From NCBI GenBank assembly GCA_965228855.1, contig CBDDIJ010000004.1:1-64000 (forward strand): 64,000 nucleotides of DNA. Direction: 5' to 3'. Positions 26,101 through 39,012 of the stretch are shown here, one piece after another; positions within the stretch are counted from its first letter, which is position 1, and each line of letters opens with the position of its first letter. Source of the DNA: Candidatus Obscuribacterales bacterium (lineage in GTDB: Bacteria; Cyanobacteriota; Vampirovibrionia; Obscuribacterales; Obscuribacteraceae). The translations under genes and the position numbers were made by a program. The notes below the pieces were generated by a model. That model was not told where the DNA came from, did no database searches, and saw only the letters and a program-made list of their open reading frames with translations.

Positions 26101-27155
26101 TGTCTTTTTGTTTGATTTCATTAAAGCTCTCGATTACATTCCCAGAATAATGTCGAATCATTGAATCTATTTCGTCGTTGATAGATTTATTGATGTGAGT
26201 GTAACTCAATGCATTTGCTTCTTCCTCTATATCCTCCTCGATTATTGGATCGGTTTTCATTTTGTGGTAGTTTGTTGCTGTCCGATCACCAGAATAAGCA
26301 AGTGCAGTAGATAATATATCTTCATATCCGAACTGATCTGGAGGGAAAACTCTTTCAATGAAAGATGCAGGTTTATATACTTGGTGGCAAAGATCAACCA
26401 GGCTTATACCACCTTTTATTTTAAGATTATTAAGGAATCTTTTATTTATTTCATCTCTTCTGACAACATCAAGCCTTTCGTATTTTTTCATTAATGATTT
26501 CTTTGTTTTATTTAGTTCTATTATGAATTGGCTTATGCTTTGCTGACATTCATCTTTTTGCATTTGGACCAGAAATCGCGATAAACTTTTGTTCATTTTC
26601 CGGACTATTAATTGCATTATTAGTTGATCTCTTTATCTCTCTTGCAGCACTTTCTCGAGGATATATAGTTTCTAAGAATTCGAACATATCATTGAATTTA
26701 AATTGATGTCCAGGCAGAAGTTTGAGATCATCTATAAGCTTATCTTTCTCTCTTTCATTCATAATAGCAAGCTTATAAATTTCCATGCCGAAGCCAAATT
26801 CTTGCATTTTCTTTGCATATTGCTGCAATTTGAATGCTTGAAGCAACTTAAAAATCAAAGTCTGATCTACCGGCATTGTGCTCACCTCGTAGCTACTCTC
26901 TTCGCTAATAATATCGCTAAATTTAGAAGCGGTAAGTGGATCATGCTCAGGTGAGGTAAATCACTCGCTCGAACTTCTAACGCCAGGCCTGTAAGCTGAT
27001 GATGCAGATGTTGACTGACGCATTCAGTTCTTCATAACCGGAGTCGATTTCTTCGTTGACCCCGGCTTATTATTAGTATTAACAATAGACTTGGCTGATT
27101 TAATCTTTTGTTTGTAAATTTTCTTCAGCCTCTCTTCTTCCCATTTTTTCATCAT
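23151..27155 (-). CDS. Large cyclin Y/Pho80-like cyclin-domain protein with N-terminal SAM-like domain; two +1 frameshifts (26513-26508, 25993-25988); final exon not located
   Basis: C-terminal cyclin box (MALVYIERF...NWRRIVLVVLIIASKVWDDDSLEN...LEKIFLELIDYKLHI...YAKYYF). N-terminal LLQAFKLQQYAKKM...IDDLKLLPGHQFKF is SAM-like. A continuous frame from ATG 27155 uses TGA=Cys, 4 introns and 2 AAA-TAA shifts. Confidence 0.8.
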
Positions 27156-27779
27156 GATTTAAATATTTTTAAATTGCAATTATACAGAACTTATAATAGC
27201 ATTTAAGAATTTTATTTGATTTATTAGTTGAACTATAAAAATACAGAATAAATTTGGTCATATTAGATCAATTGGTTTACTTAAATCAGCTTTGAGGCAT
27301 TTTATAATGCCATCTTTATCTCAACTATATAAGACTAAATTTTGAATATTGATATATCTATCATTTGTTTCCATATCAATTTTAATTATGTCCTGATTAT
27401 AATTAACTTCATAAAATTGAGAAAAAAGTATACTATTTTAATCTTTAAGTCCCATAAAACTCTCACAATAGCTAGATTAGTTTTCTTATTGAAGTACAAG
27501 AGCTATTAAGCAGATGTATTTAATCTGCCTTAGAGCATTAAAATACCTAGCTTATTATTTAGTTTAAATATAGCTTATAGTGAGAAGTTATTCTGTAAAG
27601 ATTTGATTTTGAATTTTTTGTAACTATCCTAAGAGCAAAACTTATCATTTGAAAATTCAAAGTATTCTTAGTAAATTGTGCTTAATTATCATTTTCTTTT
27701 ATTACACGATGCTTCGACTTACGATAATACTATTTATAAGTAACAATTTTTTAATAATCAAAATGTTGGTATTAATTAC

Positions 27780-30700
27780 TATTCAGCTGAGTGAGGCTTC
27801 AAATCCTCAAATAAAGACACTCCCGATTCAGAATTTAGGTTGGCGTTGAGAGATATTTGGTTTCCCTTTGAAATTTGCTGCTTTGACTGAGACTGATAGT
27901 GAGCGATCAAGTGAGAATAGCTATCTTCATCATCGGTGAATTCATTTAGGTGATCACTTTGGTTCGTTCTATACGCATCTGCAATATCATAAATTATCTT
28001 ATTTGAAGCATTATTATTCTTATTTATGAATGGATCAAAGAGAATTGTGTCTTTATTTTTAATTAATGGCTGTTGTTTGTAGCGATTTCCTATATGAATT
28101 AAATCTTAATTTTACCTTTTAAGTTTTCAACTCCTCATGTTAATTTGCTTTTTATTTGTCGTAGTTGTATTTGAACTATTCTCAAATGTTTTTGCTCAAT
28201 TAATATTTAAATAATTCTGATTTAAACTGTCATAGTTAAAAAGCTTAGAGTAGATTGTTTTCTGGACTGATTTTCTTTGCTTTCTATAAATTGCATAAAA
28301 AGAGATACCTAAAATTCAGCATTATCTTTCGTTTAATTATAAATGAGCTCGGATCGTTTAGCCTGCATAAGTTATTATTTAAAATTAAATTTACGATTTT
28401 TCAGAGGAAATACTTTCATTGGTTCGACAGACTCTTTGATTTCGGTTCTTCTTTCAAAATCGCTTGATCCTTAAGGCTATCGCATCTCTATAAGGACTTG
28501 AGTTTGTGATTCAAGAGGTATTTGTTCTCTTTAAATTTTGAGATGCTTTCTTCTGTTGAGATAATCAGGTGAATAAACTTACAAAAATTATTTTAAACTG
28601 TCTATTTTTGGAGATCGTCTTTATCAGATGCTTCATTTGTTAAAGAATCTGTTTTGCAGTAAATTAATTATGTATTACCATCGTTATTTAATATTATCGA
28701 TAAAATTTTGAGTATTTTGATTGAGAATTAAACTTTGTGAATTACTTTGACTAAGTCGTTCGTTATTGTACTCTTCAGATTCATTGTTTCTATCATAAAA
28801 ACAAAGTTTTCCTTACTGGTCGTTTATTTTAAGATATTCTCTGTATAAACTTTGGTTATGTTTTCGTTTAAAGTTGATCTTCTACAGAATATGTATTCAA
28901 ATTAAAATAGATTTACGTTATTATTAAGGGATGATGGCATTTCTCTTTTATTTGTAAGATTCATGCAACTTTTTAATGATTTCGAGTCTTTTGGATTGCT
29001 GTTCGTTTTGCTGGTTTACCCACTCATTTGATCTCTGGAACATTGTATAAATTTTTTTATACTTACTGTGAAGTTTGGATTTATCATATTAATTACTCCC
29101 GATCTCGATAGTTTCCTCTATTATTTACTTTTTAGGATTTAAGCCATTAATATTTATGATAATTGTAAACAGATTTCATGATTGATATGCAATATCTCTA
29201 AATCCTCTAATATAGAATATATTGAGCGCTTAACTGATGATGCTATTTAAATCAAATCTACAAAATTGCATAAAAGTGAAGTGCAAACTTCTTATCTATT
29301 CCAAATGAGTAGTTGTAAATCACTATTTCTCAGCAATTACTTACTTTCTTATTTATATTAGCGTCAATATATTGGCTTCAGCCTATTGACTGTTCACTTG
29401 AGTTCCGAGATGTCGCTTAAATTGTAATTTAACATAAAAATAAATATTGGATTAAACTCAATAACGACAATACTTTTGTAGTAAGAATAATTGTGTTGAA
29501 TGTTAGGAATATAATCGATTGTTTTTCTAAGCGCTTCATTATTCAAATTTGATCTCATCTTCATCTTTTTGAACGATCTAGATATAACACAGCCTTATTA
29601 CAATTTGTATTTGTTGAATCTATTCGAGTCAAAGTTATTATTTCATCTGATTGCTTTATTATTTTCCATTATTTAATTTAAATGCTAAAGTTCAAAAATA
29701 AATCATAAAAATTCGAAAATGCTTTATTTCATTAGCAATTATTTTTAACATTAAGAATTAATATATTAGTATTACATGGAGATAGTAATTGTTGAAACTC
29801 AGTTTTACAAAATCTTTGCAATTGAGGAGACAGTGTCTTTTTCGTAGTTCTTTCTTTCCTTTGATCTCATACCTGCCAAGCGATTAAGCATGGCAAAGTT
29901 GTAACCGCTTTTTGGATTGTAAGGTGAGGTCTTGATGCAGCGCTTTAGGAACCATTGATGCTTTATAAGATTTCCCTTCTTAGATACATCTTTCATAAAC
30001 TGATCGAACCATCGCGTGTAGTGTATACCAAGACAATGGGCATCATCAGCCTCAAAACTAAAGTTTGGATATACAGCTGCTAAATAATGTTGCTGATCAA
30101 TTTGAGTCATTGTCTGGTTAGCCTGGGGCTGTTCGATAACATATTCTCTCTTCTTTTGCTTTGGAGCTTTAAATTTTTTGTTAAGGAATAAGGCATTAGC
30201 AATATTCACTAAACTTGGATCAATTATGGGAGGAGGATTTTCAATGACTCTTCTTGGCTTTACTGTGGCAACTCTTTTCTTTACTCTTCTCTCTAGATTT
30301 AATTATTAGCTTGAAAAAAGCAATTTTTAAAACAAAAAATAGTTGAAGTCAAAATAAAATATTTTTTTAGGCAAATAATAAAATTAAGACTAACATTTTA
30401 ATTTATCAACAAAAGAAATAGCATCAACTTCATACTTTTTGGTCTATGTTGTTTTACTCTTGAATCAGCATCATTTAAAATTGGTGCTTCAGGAGGTACT
30501 TCTTCTGGCTGAGGTTTTTCTTTAACTGTGACGGAAATGGTATTGATTTTTGGCTCTTGTTTTGCGTTTTTAGAATCAGAGTCTACTTTATTCTTAGTAA
30601 GCTCTTCTTTTTCATTTTTGATTTCTGTTTTTTTCTTCCTGTTTCGGAGGAGGAGCAAAACAGGTATGATGAACTGTTTTTGGAGCAGCCTCGCTTTGTA

Positions 30701-33645
30701 TTCTGTCTCTCAGAGGATAGTATCTCTTTGAAGTGTTTTGTAAAGGAGATCCCTTTGGAGCAAATAAATCAATATAGTCTGGGTATGGTTTACATGTGCA
30801 TGAGCTATTCACTTGATCACACGTTCATCTTGGTAAGAATGGAGCCATATCTCTACATATTCTTGGATTGAATGTGTGCTCTTCCCATCTAGATCTTCTC
30901 AAAGGACAAAAGGAAACATCATTCGGATTTCATGCAGTTATATCGCATTGTCTTTCAAAGAAAATTGGATCGTTAACTCCTAAAATAACAATTAATTTTA
31001 AATAAAATTTAATAGATTTATCTTTAGATTAAATAAAAAGAAGATTTAGAGAGAATTTTATTATTTCGAAAAATTAAGATATAGTAGCATTTGAAATTTT
31101 GTTTTAAGAGATTTGCTTAATTATCAAATTAATTTAGATTAAAATTAAAGAATAATATTTAAAGCAAAGAGATTCAGAGTTTTATATTTTTTACTTTTAG
31201 TAAATATCTATTGTTTCAAAACTTTACTAAGATCGATACCGTAAATCCCGCTGTTTAATCCTCTAAACAATCAGATTTTGTGAAAACTCGGAAGGTAGAA
31301 TAAAAAAAGGAGAGTGATCTCAAAAATATTGTTATTTGAAAGATAAAATAAATCAAAAATATTATTTAACTAAGTGTAAAGTTAAAATATACTATTTTAT
31401 ATATTTATTTAATATATTTTATTAAGAAATTAAAGTTTTTAAGATATTTGCATTTTAGATTAATTTTTTTCATAAGTTGAAAAATGTTTTAAAGCCAAAG
31501 TTTTTTGAATTTAGAAGAGTTGGACAAAATATTTAACAGTATGCCAAAATAAATATAAAAAATGTAATATACTTAAAATCAATCAAATCATGTGCTCTTA
31601 ACTTACAGGGTGGATTAAAACAAAGTGAAGTTGGAGATTTAGTGCTTTCATCTCAAGCTTCACATTCAGTTGGGTTATATACATATGAATAATTTCTCCT
31701 TTCAGGCATTTCTCTATGTATTCTTAAGTCTCACCAAGAAGGTTTTGTGCTGCAGGTATCATATCAGAATCTATCATTTACTCTTCTGTAGTTTCATTCT
31801 CCGATTGATAGTCTGCAATCTGAATTGCACAAACTGCGACTGCGGTAATTTATACGTTGTTGGTTGTCACATCTATTACAGTCTCTATTGACCCATTTGT
31901 AATCAAAGTCTCTATCTCTTCCCCTATTATAATTACGATGAGTTTATAATTTATTCGTCCATTTTACCAAATCTCCATTAAAATTTTATTTTTGCAAATT
32001 AAAATTTAGCGTTAAATTTTCTGCTAACTTTTCAATATTTTTGAGATTGAGACCATAACCATATTGAAGGAGGAATTACAACCAGTTAAAATATTTGAGA
32101 TGAGTGGAACATCCTTGCTCGGCCTTCAATCACATTGGAGTGGTTCTGGAATCTGCTGTCATTCGGAGTCATAAATGCTCTTCCGGCATCCTTTTGCAGG
32201 CTTGTATGTGAAAGAGGTGCATGCACTTTGCCAGATTTATCTCCAGATAAAATCTGCTGAAGCGAACTTTGATGGAAAATGTTGTTAATTGTATGATCAG
32301 ACTTTGCATAATTTTCACAGGGATCAAATTTCGATCGAGATTGAGCAATTGTAGTACTTGATTTTGCAGAAGCATCTTTTGAAAGCATTGGAACGCTAGA
32401 TGACTGAGCAAAATGCCACATGTTTGATCTTTGAGGATTCTTAGTATAATTATAAGCAGCTTTTTTGGAATTGGTTGATGGATTCCAATCAATTTCTCTC
32501 GAATTGTATGGCCTATCCCAAATATTTACAGCTCTCATTTCTCTTTCAACTCTTTTTCTTTGAAGTCTCTCTTGCTCCCAAATTAAATGACTTTTATCAT
32601 TTAAGTTTGCTCCTTCATATTTTCTTCTGTATTTTGGGTTGACAACTCTCGGAGCTTCATAATATTGAGGCGAAGCTGTGAGTTCATCTTCCATTGGATT
32701 CTCAACAATAGGTGAATGCTCCATTCCCTTATTTTGAAAATCACCTTGTCCATAATTTTGATTTTGAATATCGATTTGCTGCTGATTTTGATTATATTTA
32801 ACTTTTTGATATTCCTTCTTCTCTTGATGATTGAACATATCCTCTTGTTTATAAGGAGATCCGTTATGATTATCTTCATACTCTTGGTATTCTTCTCTAT
32901 TGATATAGTCTTCTTGTTTAATATTATCTAAATATTGATTGATGCCATCATCGACTTTTTCTTCATCTTCGCTCTTTAGCTCGACAATCTGTTCATCTAC
33001 GATTTCAGTAATAACGCTTGATTCTTCGCCTTCACCTTCAGCATATTCAAATCTTCTTTGAGGTTCTTGCTGAAAGTTTTTGGGTTGTTGATTTTGGTTG
33101 GTTTTTCTGTCTGGTTGGTTTTCAGGCATCATTTGAACTCGAGTATCTCTACCTCGGCTAGAGATACTCTGTCTGGCTTCAAATTCTTCTTCGTGCTCCA
33201 TGAACTCATCCATATCTTCTTGATCGTCTATCGAGAGAAAGTTAAACTGACTGCTTTAACCGTATAAAATAAACTTTAATTGCTGAGTTTATAATTGTTT
33301 TAAAATCAAAGATCCTTTAATTTGAATTCTAAAAGAGGGAAATAGCTTTTAAAACAAAATTTCGATTTCACTTATTGTAATATATTCATTCGATCAAAGA
33401 CTACTCAACCCCAATTGTTACGTTATTCAAAGTTTTCCAGCTCAATCTTGCATGGCACAAACAGATATTCAAGAACTTGAGATCTATTAAATAAAATTAC
33501 CAGCAAGGTCATCATCGTTTAGCGATCTGTGTTCAGAATAGTCAGAGTATTCTTGAGGCACTAATTCCTCTTTTTTGCTTTCAACTTTCTTCCCGTTGAA
33601 ATTGAGCTTGTTGATTTGTTTAGGGTCTTCGGTTTTTCTATTCAT
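27780..33645 (-). CDS. Hypothetical large multi-exon protein (acidic N-terminus, Cys-rich middle); may be more than one gene, 3' end approximate
   Basis: ORFs 32086-33213, 30612-30812, 30398-30658 and 29805-30209 plus TGA-containing exons lie on the same strand, bounded by GT/AG signals. Confidence 0.5.
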
Positions 33646-34166
33646 CTTTAACTTTTAACTGAATATTTTATAACTTGCTTGATTCCAATATTTAATAAAT
33701 TGAATGTTTATTGCTTTCAACTCAACAATTTTCGTAACAAATTTCAAGTGAAACTGAATTCAAGCAAAATGCTTTTATTTTCTAAAAGTGAATTTTTGTG
33801 TTTTTTATAATTTTTTTTCCTTTGAGCCAATAAAATATTTAGCGAGTTTTTTTTTATATTTCCTTCAGAGATTACTTTTTTTCAAATTTTTTATTAATTT
33901 AATTTGAGTTGATCAAATTTATATTTTAAGTCAATTTGGAGTAAAACTAATTTTGTTGACTTTGCAATTTTAAGTTTAGATTATAACAAAAAAAACTTTT
34001 TAATATTACTATTAAATTTTTATTAATTACTTACAGATTTTTATAAAATGAGAAGAGGATTAGGCAATTTTGGAGAGAGAAAAAGATCCTTAAATTTAAT
34101 ATTATTACTAATTTACTTTCTAATACTTGTTTATTAATTGAATTATTAGATTATATTTAGTTAAGT

Positions 34167-34529
34167 TTTTACAAAATTATTTAAATTTCTACAAAATGGG
34201 CAAGTGACTGCGAAAAGTAACAGTTACCTCAAAATAATTTAAGACTTTGTACTGTTTGTTCCATTTGATTTAGGTGTAAATTTTAAACATCTTGCTTAAA
34301 TCTTTATATCCTTCTTTTATTTAAATTTGATAGGCATCATCATCTTGAAATACTTTGTTTTATCAAACTTAAATGAAAGGACTGTTAAAAGATTTATGTA
34401 AGATGTTTGAAAATTTGCACCTCAATTAAATGGAACAAACAGAACAAAGTCTCAAATTAATCTGAGGCGACTGTTACTTTTCGCAGTCACGTGAGCCTAT
34501 TTTGTAGAAATTTAAATAATTTTGCAAAA
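34167..34529. repeat. Degenerate long inverted repeat (arms ~170 bp, short loop near 34337-34355)
   Basis: GTGACTGCGAAAAGTAACAGT versus ACTGTTACTTTTCGCAGTCAC, with complementarity extending on both sides. Confidence 0.9.
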
Positions 34530-35593
34530 TTTTTTCAGTATTTAAAAGATTCATTTTTTGTTAGAAAAAGCCTAATACTACCTCCGATGGTACTTTGATT
34601 CGAAGTTTAAATAACACTAAAGGTAACAAATGTTACACATAAAAGTTAAATTTTATATTTTTATGCTGTCATTTGAATTAGTTAAATTTTATGTTCTTTA
34701 AAAAGATGAACTTCAGAGTGCATTCAACTTATCAAAATAATTTATAGCAATATAATTTTAACTTTATATTTAAAAGGAGTTACCTCTGAAGAAATTTGAA
34801 GCATTTACAAAGAGAATCAAAATACTATTTTTGTATCAAATATTGAGAGTCAATTTATTTCGAAATTAGTTATTAATTAGATAGATTTTATCTTCTTTAA
34901 ATAAACAAAAGAAATTTTAATTTAAAAATTATTTAAGGAAATTCTAATACTGTTCAGATTTAGATTTATTGATAAAATATTATCAAGTTTATTTTAATAA
35001 ATCCCATCGTTGAATTAGCTGAAAATTTGAAAATAAATCTTGGTAATATATAGCTTTAAACATCAGCAATGATGTTTATACTATACTAAATATGGTATCT
35101 CAAATTGTAAAGAGAATATTTTATTAATATGAAATAATGGAAATTTGCATTGTAATTTAAACTATAAATAATATAAAAAATTAATATCTTGAATTATAAA
35201 AGGTTTGATACATTTATTGATTAAAAATCAAAATATTAAAAATTACTTTTGCTTATTTAAAATTACAAATATTTTATTTATAATAATTAAAGATATTTTA
35301 AAGTTAGACAAATAAAATTTGATTTAAATATATAAAGTTTTAAGATATTTTGACATTTTTTTCGATGATTGTGTATTGTAAATAAAGTTTTTATTATATA
35401 AATTTTGAATTTAATTTGTAAACTATAAATATTTACAAATACATTCTTTATAATAAAACAGGCACCGAAAAAATCAATAGGAAATTAAGTTTAACGAATT
35501 AAAAAATGTTAATTTCTTTTATATCAAATTAAGTTTTCAATTTAATTCGAATAATTATTATTGAATTGATTCTATTAATCAATCAGCAAGTTT

Positions 35594-37870
35594 TTAGTTT
35601 TTCAAAGACTTTGCATCCTTTGACTCAACTAATGTCACAGTGCAGTTTAGAACCTTTAATTCATCTGTTGATTCCTCTGCAACAGTGAAGTAACCTTTTC
35701 TTAAGAATTGGAATCTATCATAAGGCTTAATATCGGATAAATGAGCCCATAATTTTGCGTTATCCTTTACAATTAGAGATTCTTTGTTAACGCTCTTTAA
35801 CCATTGTTTTCCAAGAGATTTTGGATTTTCTACGCTAAAAAGTCTGTCGTACAGATTAACTCTCGCTGTAATGCTGTGCTTTACACTGACCCAATGAATG
35901 CAACCTTTAATCTTTTGATTGATACTGTTATCTGTAGTAACAACAATATGATTAATTGTTCCATCTCCGTTCTTTACAACTTCTTTCAGTTTAATATATG
36001 GTCCATTGAAAAGTCTTACAGGTTGTTCTGGAGTTAATCCATAATACTTTGGAGTTGAAACTTCATTAAAGTCAGACTCCTCAATATAAATAGCTCTAGT
36101 GAGAGTGTAAATAACCTTTCCTTTCTCTAGTTTTCCTGGGAATAAATCTCCTTCTTCTTTGCGCTCATCATCTTCAGCAATATCGTCAATAATAACTTTT
36201 AATGGATCGATGACGCAGTGAGTTCTTGGAGCGTTCTCATCAAGGTCTTTTCTGATAAAGTGCTCAAGAAGTCTGACATCAATAACTTTCTCATTACCTT
36301 TCTTTGAAACTCCAATACAATCACAGAATTCATTAATTGCATTTGGTGTGTATCCTCTTCTCTTAAGTCCGTTAAGGGTCATTAGTCTAGGGTCGCTCCA
36401 TGATTCAACAAAGCCTCTCTTGATAAGTTCATCAATTTTTCGCTTTGATAAAACAGTGTTACTGATATTTAGTCTTGAGTACTCCCACACAAATGGTCTG
36501 TAAATATCAAGAGCGTCAAGAAGCCAGTAATATGACTCTCTTCTGTTTTCGAACTCTAATGTACACAATGAGTGAGTAATATGCTCAATACTATCGCAGA
36601 TGCAATGTGTATAGTCATATGATGGGTATATGCACCATTTATCTCCAGCATGTGGATGTGGAGTGTATTTAATTCTGTATGCAACGTGATCTCTCATATT
36701 TGGATTATCATGATCCATTTTAATTTTCATTCTTAATGTGCATTCTCCTTCTTCGAAGTATCCATTTTTCATCTTTTCGAATAATTCAAGGTTCTCTTCA
36801 ATAGATCTGTTTCTATATGGAGATTCGACCATATCTTCTCTTCCCTTTCTCATCTCTTCAGCAGTTTGATTGCAAACGTAAGCTTTTCCTCTTTTGATTA
36901 GTTCGACAGCATAGCTGTATAGTTGTGGGAAATAGTCACTGCTAAATGTTACTTGATATGGTTCATAACCTAACCATCTGACATTGCCTTCAATATTATC
37001 AATATATTCCTTTGACTCCTTTTCTGGGTTTGTATCGTCGTATCTAAGATAGCAATATCCACCATTATCAGATGCTTGAGTAAAGCTGAATCTCATAGCC
37101 TTGGCATGTCCAATGTGCAAATATCCATTTGGCTCAGGTGGGAATCTAGTTACGATTTTTCCTCCAGTAATTCTCATATGTTCTTTTAATATTTCTTCTG
37201 AGTTACTAATTCCAGCAACTTCTCTTCCAATAAGAGAGCTAATTTTCTTCTTTTTGTAAAGCAGAAGATCATCTTCTTCTCCTTTCTTTTCTTCTTCAGC
37301 TGGCTTTTCCTTTTTAGCCTTTTTCTTTTTCGCATCTTTAGGTTTCTCTCCAAGAGTTTCGACCGATTTCCTGTTAATAGTGTCTATAATCATTTTTCCT
37401 TCAGCCCACTTTAGCTTTTCTTTTGCAAGGTGGATAAGAGCAGTAAAGTTAAAGTCCCATCCTTCTTCTTTAATCTTGACATCGTGCTCACTAAAAAGAG
37501 TGTTAATGCACTCGTCGACTTCAGTTTGGGTGATAACCACGCCAACTCCACAGTCATTTTCGAATTTAGCAATATCGACCTCCTCAACACCCTTTAATGA
37601 AGCAATAGCGGCTGCCAATCTATCTGCTGTTGTGATTTTCGCATCCCTGATGTACTCAACCAACAGCTTTGAATGATGTTGCAAGGTTTCTGGTAGTTTT
37701 GTTGATAGATTGTAAAGAAGATTTCCAACGTTTTTATCAGCAGTTTGGATTCCTCCAATCTCTACCAATTCCTTTAGCCTTTGAGATACCTTGGCATTTT
37801 TAATAATGTTCTTAACTGTCTTCTCTTCGATTGAAATATCCAAGAAAATCTTTTCTAAACTCTCCTCCAT
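35594..37870 (-). CDS. QARS1: Glutaminyl-tRNA synthetase (eukaryotic type, 758 aa, intronless)
   Basis: TRFPPEPNGYLHIGHAKA (HIGH), THSLCTLEFE, LSKRK (KMSKS-like), FQFLRKGYF; eukaryotic N-terminal extension present. Confidence 0.97.
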   Translation of the reverse strand: MEESLEKIFLDISIEEKTVKNIIKNAKVSQRLKELVEIGGIQTADKNVGNLLYNLSTKLPETLQHHSKLLVEYIRDAKITTADRLAAAIASLKGVEEVDIAKFENDCGVGVVITQTEVDECINTLFSEHDVKIKEEGWDFNFTALIHLAKEKLKWAEGKMIIDTINRKSVETLGEKPKDAKKKKAKKEKPAEEEKKGEEDDLLLYKKKKISSLIGREVAGISNSEEILKEHMRITGGKIVTRFPPEPNGYLHIGHAKAMRFSFTQASDNGGYCYLRYDDTNPEKESKEYIDNIEGNVRWLGYEPYQVTFSSDYFPQLYSYAVELIKRGKAYVCNQTAEEMRKGREDMVESPYRNRSIEENLELFEKMKNGYFEEGECTLRMKIKMDHDNPNMRDHVAYRIKYTPHPHAGDKWCIYPSYDYTHCICDSIEHITHSLCTLEFENRRESYYWLLDALDIYRPFVWEYSRLNISNTVLSKRKIDELIKRGFVESWSDPRLMTLNGLKRRGYTPNAINEFCDCIGVSKKGNEKVIDVRLLEHFIRKDLDENAPRTHCVIDPLKVIIDDIAEDDERKEEGDLFPGKLEKGKVIYTLTRAIYIEESDFNEVSTPKYYGLTPEQPVRLFNGPYIKLKEVVKNGDGTINHIVVTTDNSINQKIKGCIHWVSVKHSITARVNLYDRLFSVENPKSLGKQWLKSVNKESLIVKDNAKLWAHLSDIKPYDRFQFLRKGYFTVAEESTDELKVLNCTVTLVESKDAKSLKN

Positions 37871-38122
37871 ATTAATTAAGCTTTAGATTAAATAATGATA
37901 TTACCCAATAATTTTACTGCAATATTTATTTGTTCCAAAACAAATAAAGATGTTTTAGTACAATTTTCTAAGTTTATTAATACTGAAAGAATCAGTATTA
38001 TGGAGCAGAAGCATTATTTTCTTATTATATTCGATATTTTTTTACTTATTCAAATAATATGAATTCAATTACTTCAAGATATTTTCAATAGTCTTGTGTT
38101 TATTAGCTATAAATATTCCTCA

Positions 38123-38299
38123 ACATGCCCAAAAATTTTGACTTTTCAATTTACACCAGTTACGCACATGGTGTATTTGGAAATCCGATTACACTATTTA
38201 GATTTCACCTGTTAAAAATTGACTTCGAGTAATTGGATTTCCAAATACACCATGTGCGTAACTGGTGTAAATTGAAAAGTCAAATTTTTAGGGCCATGT
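38123..38299. repeat. MITE-like inverted repeat: ~70-bp arms (38123-38192, 38229-38299), ~36-bp spacer
   Basis: TTTGACTTTTCAATTTACACCAGTTACGCACATGGTGTATTTGGAAATCC has an exact reverse-complement copy downstream. Confidence 0.9.
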
Positions 38300-39012
38300 A
38301 TAATCTTATGTAAAACTTCCTGCTTTGATTTTAATTCCTTACTTTTTATTGGTAAGGAAAATGAGCTTTGGAGTCGAAAGAAGAGATTTTGGTTTTCTTT
38401 ACGAAGAAGCAAAATTATTATATAAATCTTTCCTTTTCACATACTTGAAATAATAATCTGATTATTTAACTACAATGCTTTTCTTTTCGCCAAGAGAGAA
38501 AAATTACTAGGCTAAAATCAAAATGTATTGTTTGATATTATAAACTTATTTTCAGAATTTTTGAGAATACGGTTTTATTAGAAGACATTGAATTTAAATT
38601 CTTAGATAATCTGAATATATAGCTTAACAAATTTTTTATTTCAAAATAAAAAAATTAGCTAAGATAAAATAATATTAAGATTTTTGATTTTGATTTAAAA
38701 TATATTACAAAAATAGTTATTAAAATTTAAATAGAAGTATAATTACTTTTTCTCATAATTTCTAAAAATACAGTATTATTATAAATTAATAATTTGCGTC
38801 TAAATTCATCTCTTTTTTAATGAAATGATAACGAATTATAATAGTTGAGAATTTAAATTGCATATTATTTAAATTTAAATATGTACGCACATTTAATTTT
38901 CAAATGTTAAGAGTGGTTTCTGTTATTCAATATTCTTAATTTGATGTGTTTTGTTGCTTCCTCCAGTAAATACCAATTTATATATCTATAGTATTAAAAA
39001 CTCAATACCAAA

